From assembly GCA_965218695.1 (NCBI GenBank), contig OZ244651.1, positions 1,632,001-1,696,000 on the forward strand: a stretch of DNA of 64,000 bases. The letters are read 5' to 3'. This stretch comes from Nitrosopumilus sp. (lineage in GTDB: Archaea; Thermoproteota; Nitrososphaeria; Nitrososphaerales; Nitrosopumilaceae). The position numbers and the translations under genes are program-made. The notes below the pieces were generated by a model. That model made no database searches and was not told where the DNA came from. It saw only the letters and a list, made by a program, of their open reading frames with translations. Shown here one piece after another: positions 62,057 to 64,000 of the stretch (its first letter is position 1; every line of letters begins with the position of its first letter).

Positions 62057-63520
62057 TTGGTAATGTGGCTAATTAAACCCACAAGAGTGCAGGGACGAGA
62101 AAAAACAAAAAGAATTGCTGCCAGAGGACGGTGGATTGAACGTGTATTTGGTTTTGAGTATACCCCATTTGAAATGCATCAAATTGAGGAATTTAACAGG
62201 GCCAAAAATGCAAAATTGGTTGAAATTAGCGGATTTGTGTCTTGGATAGATCGAACAAAGTTTTTACTGCTGCCCACTAAAACCACAAACAGCATCTACT
62301 TCATATGTAAAGTAACTGATGGGTTGGATTTTCCTGCAAATCACCAATATGTCTATTGCAAAGGACGATGGAAATATGATTTAGCGGGACAGTCGGCTTA
62401 CAAAATTCTTGTTGCAGAAAATATCGCTTCTGACGAGCCTGACCACAGCCAATTTATATCGGATATAAAATCCTCTGACTTTCAAGGCAATCTCTTTGAA
62501 AACTGGAGCAATATTGATTCCATTCAACCGGATTTTTTAATACGGTACTTCGTAAGCTCCCCATCGCTACCTAATCGAGTGGGAGGAATCACAGTGTCAC
62601 TGTTTAGCCCGCCACGTGAATTAAAAATTATCAGATTCCTTTACAATGATTTAGTAATGTTCATTGCTCCCGAATTACTAGGATCTAAAAAAATGATTTT
62701 TGATGTTCCGGAGTTAAAAAAATCGCATAGATTGCTTCCGTTTCAATGGAGTGAAAAAACGCTTGATTTTGAAAAAATTACAAAAAATACAGAAGGATTC
62801 CTCAGTAGAAAGCCCGATCAGGGTACCGTCGAACAATCAATAGCATTATTGTCAAAAAAACACAAGCCAGAGAATTTTGAGTCATTAGGGCTTGTCAACT
62901 CGGATTACCCCATTACAGTTGAGGAACATGCAGGGAGGAGAAGGAGAAACATTTCCCCACACACAGATTTGAGAATGACTCAGTTTCTCGTTGCTGCACA
63001 TATGAATTCCCCCAGCATCGATCTGAAGACTCAGGATGAGTCATTAGTTTATGTTAGAAATGAGATCCAGAAATTTGCCGACACAAAAAAGGATTTGATT
63101 AGCCAATTATTGGGTCCCAATAAAATGTTAAATTTAGATTTTAATGGAAAGCCTGCATCCATTTTAAACCTGGCAATTTCATAGCAGCGTGTTTCAAATA
63201 CCGGCACCGTTGATAAGGATATGATCATTTCAACTACGAAGGATTATATCAAAAACCTAAATTTCGCCTTTAGAATCTGGGATGAGAAAACCACAGGCGG
63301 AGTTCTCAATCCATTTAAAAATCAGCTAAACCTTGAAGATGAACGTGTTCTGGTATTTTTGTATAAAGAAGGCCCACGCACGTTTGATGAAATTCGTGTA
63401 GCCACAGGTCTTAGTCACGACATGTGCAGTAAAGCAATTAATTATCTTTATGAACGGGTAAATCTAATTTATTTATACTCTCCAACGAAGTACGATGCGG
63501 TTCACCGCAATTTGGGATAG
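62057..63520 (+). pseudogene. AT-rich degenerate MCM-like gene with one in-frame TAG (63182-63184)
   Basis: ORFs 62057-63184 and 63221-63520 share a frame. OB-like N-terminus, lid-like segment and C-terminal winged helix; the MCM resemblance is by eye. Confidence 0.55.
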
Positions 63521-63856
63521 TTTATGGAGCATTCCAATCTCTAATTTTAAAAATTTTTAGATATTTTGAGAGTATGCTACAGAAATAGGATTCAAGATCA
63601 TTCCTATCTAGAGATTTTAGATAATTCTATAGCTTTTGAGAATTATGCGGATCATTTCTCCAAAAACTATGCATGCTTGTCTGATTATCTGTCTGATGCT
63701 AAATGTTGATCTGTGTCCATAATTATCAATTTGATTTGGTGGCAACCGAGATCAAGCATGACAGTCAGGTGGGAAAATTATTTGGAACAGGCCATCTTGC
63801 AACGCCCGTGAAACCAGCAGGACTATTACTTGTAATTTGCAAAATCAAAAGGCGTG

Positions 63857-64000
63857 CTAGTGCCGCTTTGGAAGGAACGGTATCAGTGCCCTTGCAAACT
63901 CCATGATGTTCTTTGTCTGCATGTAGACTGTTCCGGGGCCCGTAATCTCTACTACCAGCGCCTCACCTCCAAACAGCGTGGTCTTGAGACTACCGTGCTT
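63857..64000 (-). CDS. TIGR00266/AIM24-family protein, C-terminal end
   Basis: KHGSLKTTLFGGEALVVEITGPGTVYMQTKNIMEFARALIPFLPKRH-stop; continues beyond the window. Confidence 0.85.
   Translation of the reverse strand, partial: KHGSLKTTLFGGEALVVEITGPGTVYMQTKNIMEFARALIPFLPKRH

Noticed and set aside
63182-63184. Pyrrolysine readthrough of the amber codon
   Set aside because: No pyl genes in the window, TAG is a normal stop in many core genes here, and it is not expected in this lineage.

Overview
This is an archaeal chromosome segment. Gene content and order point to Nitrososphaerota (Nitrosopumilaceae/Cenarchaeum-like ammonia-oxidiser); the heavy IS load and DUF285 surface protein suggest a host-associated lineage (inference). 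Bases 1-36.4 kb form an accessory zone of nested insertion sequences: one complete ISH3, four distinct single-ORF IS66 elements plus one in two near-identical copies, three IS5/ISL2-like elements, one IS630, and IS6/IS630/ISH3/IS66 remnants. Most ends and several target-site duplications can be read directly from the sequence. The zone also holds an orphan SNF2-DUF3883 helicase, a SWIM-finger gene, a tRNA-like relic, and a ~2,800-aa DUF285/Ig-repeat surface protein gene split in frame by two cleanly inserted ISs. Bases 37-62 kb are nearly IS-free core genes: argH, sdhABCD, Alba, FNR, ilvE, aglH-like, hel308, mcm, GINS, rfcS, two ferredoxins, aIF-6, hisS, tRNA-Ala and tRNA-Ser. An AT-rich, degenerate MCM-like gene with one in-frame amber stop follows. 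The most unusual signals are: 21-bp (one-heptad) tandem expansions in the N-terminal coiled coils of four transposases from two families, one with ~30 perfect copies; an IS66 with ~100-bp terminal inverted repeats; and a 15-mer found ~80 bp from both insertion sites of the same IS66. No CRISPR array or rRNA was seen. All family calls come from motif recognition by eye, not database searches.
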